Source of the DNA: an uncultured delta proteobacterium
Lineage (GTDB): Bacteria; Desulfobacterota; Binatia; DP-6
Assembly (NCBI GenBank): GCA_963815115.1
Contig: CAWFFN010000007.1
Coordinates: forward strand, 64,001-128,000
Direction of reading: 5' to 3'
Length of the DNA stretch: 64,000 nt
The notes beneath the pieces were generated by a model. It searched no databases. It saw only the letters and a program-made list of their open reading frames with translations, and was not told the origin of the DNA. Shown one piece after another: positions 62,266-64,000 of this stretch (position 1 is the stretch's first letter; each line of letters opens with the position of its first letter). The position numbers were made by a program, and so were the translations under genes.

Positions 62266-63396
62266 CTAGCGCGGCACGAGGCGGACGACGCCGTTGTCGG
62301 CGCTATCGGGTCCGCGCCCGGCCAGTGCGACCGCCGTGCGCAGCAGCGCGACGTTGAGACCGAGCCTGCCGCCCTCGTCACGCCCCGGGAAGCTGCCGAT
62401 CAGCGCGCCGGTCCGTGTCGAGTAGAGGTACGCCGCGCCTTCCTCTCCGTCGGCCAGCGACGTGCACGCCGCCCCGACGAGAACGGCGTCGCGCCGCACC
62501 GCCACCGCGTTCCCGAAGCAGCCGGCGTTGGGGTCGTCCGACACGATCGTCCGGCGCAGGCGGCCGCGCCGGTCGAACAGGTGAACGGCTCCGCGGCCGC
62601 CGGATGCCCCGGGGGCGCTGACGGCGATCACGGGTCCGTCGGCGGCGATCGCGCTGCCGAAGGAGTCCCCGGCTTCCTGGGAGCCGACGACGGTCTCGAC
62701 CGCGCCCGTCTCGGGATCCAGGATCGACACGATGCCGTCCCCCGACACGCTGCCGTCCGGGTTGCCGAGACCCCAGTGCGAGATCACGAGGCGCCGTCCG
62801 ACACGCGCGAGGGCGGAACGGAGAAAGCGCTGGGGCTCCGGATTCGGCACCGTTCGCAGCAGGGCTCCGGTCCGAGCGTCGAACACGTGGATGCCGCCGG
62901 TTCCCGGCACCGAACTCCCGCTGTCGAGCAGCGCAACTCGCTGGTTCATGGCGACGAGGGCTGCGATCGATGAGACCGAACTCGGAGCCTGGTACGTGGC
63001 CCGTACGACCGCCGTCGCCGGCTCCACGCGCAACGCCTCGGGCCCTGGTGCTCCCACGAGCCGTGCGACGAGGACATCGCGCCCAATCGTGGCCACCAGG
63101 CTCCCGAAGCCGGTGTCCTCGAGGTCGTACAGCGACCACACGGTCTCGCCGGTGCCGGGATCGAGGGCCTCCACGAAGTTGCAGAACTCCCCTGCGCTGC
63201 CGACCACGAGACGGCCCCCGAGGACGGCCATCGAATGGCCGTAGGTGTTCTCGATGTCGCAATAGGGCTGGGCCGGTCCGGTGACGATGGTCGCTCCCGC
63301 CACCGCGGCGAGGGTGAGGAGCGCGGCCGAGGCGGCGAGATACGCACGCGGCCGGCGGCGAGCGAGCGGCGAACGCACGAGCTCCTCGGGGAGCAA
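62266..63396 (-). CDS. Secreted beta-propeller protein with FG-GAP-like repeats
   Basis: Signal-like segment; repeats FGSAIA..VSAPG..GAVHLF, FGNAVA..VGA..GAAYLY; DARTGALL. Confidence 0.75.
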   Translation of the reverse strand: MLPEELVRSPLARRRPRAYLAASAALLTLAAVAGATIVTGPAQPYCDIENTYGHSMAVLGGRLVVGSAGEFCNFVEALDPGTGETVWSLYDLEDTGFGSLVATIGRDVLVARLVGAPGPEALRVEPATAVVRATYQAPSSVSSIAALVAMNQRVALLDSGSSVPGTGGIHVFDARTGALLRTVPNPEPQRFLRSALARVGRRLVISHWGLGNPDGSVSGDGIVSILDPETGAVETVVGSQEAGDSFGSAIAADGPVIAVSAPGASGGRGAVHLFDRRGRLRRTIVSDDPNAGCFGNAVAVRRDAVLVGAACTSLADGEEGAAYLYSTRTGALIGSFPGRDEGGRLGLNVALLRTAVALAGRGPDSADNGVVRLVPR

Positions 63397-63570
63397 CGGT
63401 CGTGCCGTCTCCGGACGCGCACTGGCGGGGCACCGTCGCCGCGCGAGTCTGCAACGTCGCGGCGGCCCCGCAGTGCTGCAGGCTGCTTCGTACGATCGGG
63501 ATGATCCACGAGGCCGACGTCCAGCCTACCGTGTGCCCCATCTTCCCGTCCCTCGGGCCCGGTCACGACA

Positions 63571-63624
63571 GCCGTGCTTGCGCGGCTTGTACCACAGGCT
63601 GCGCTCGCTGACGCCGAGGAGCCG
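63571..63624 (-). pseudogene. Fis-type HTH remnant of a sigma54 (NtrC-like) activator
   Basis: RLLGVSERSLWYKPRKHG. Confidence 0.45.
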
Positions 63625-63683
63625 TCCTCCGGAGCCCTTGGGAGGCCGTCCTTCGTGTGCGCCGCGCCGCGGCTTCGCCCGGG

Positions 63684-64000
63684 TCAGCAGCTGGCCGCGC
63701 CGTCGCCAGCGCGCCGACGGACCACCCGCTCGAGGACCTCGAAGAGCTCCCGCGCCTTGATCGGCTTCGAGACGTATCCGTCCATCCCCGCGGCCAGGCA
63801 GCGCTCGCGATCGCCCATCATCGCATGTGCCGTCATCGCGATGATGGGCACGTGAACCGAGGCATCGGCCGGGAAAGCGGTGGCGGCGCCGTCGCCGCGA
63901 ACGGCTGGCGTCTGGGCGCCGCCGCTCGTCGGTACGGCGAGGTGTTCATCACCCCGGATCTGCGCGGTGGCCTCGAACCCGTCCATCACGGGCATCTGCA
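63684..64000 (-). CDS. C-terminal receiver domain of a response regulator / hybrid histidine kinase (partial)
   Basis: [41 protein letters not shown]; continues beyond the window. Confidence 0.88.
   Translation of the reverse strand, partial: QMPVMDGFEATAQIRGDEHLAVPTSGGAQTPAVRGDGAATAFPADASVHVPIIAMTAHAMMGDRERCLAAGMDGYVSKPIKARELFEVLERVVRRRAGDGAASC

Overview
High-GC (roughly 70% by eye) bacterial chromosome segment. The gene order (icd-mdh-sucCD-ndk..rlmN..mtnP-pfkB; tRNA-Val-thrS-infC-rpmI-rplT-pheST-ihfA..tRNA-Pro-surE-pcm-apt; birA-coaX; lepA-lepB) resembles Deltaproteobacteria-like lineages, possibly Candidatus Binatia (inference). Positions 1-54.5 kb are mostly housekeeping and nucleotide-sugar genes interrupted by small accessory modules: a Zn-ribbon-PspC/ECF sigma/anti-sigma/Zn-ribbon-PspC operon, an AbiEii/MenT-like nucleotidyltransferase plus 58-aa partner flanked by a duplicated gene 3' end, a vapBC pair with a perfect 20-bp palindrome, and archease-rtcB. 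Positions 54.5-64 kb are a decaying accessory region with IS91-like and IS3 remnants and internally deleted genes. The most unusual signal is a family of three 221-284 bp fold-back (REPIN/MITE-like) elements with terminal GACCCGAGAC-NNN-GTCTCGGGTC hairpins. They sit at gene junctions, supply the stop codons of manC and birA, and each carries a short ORF that in two copies bridges upstream stop to downstream start. No CRISPR array or rRNA was seen. All calls come from reading the sequence; no searches were run.
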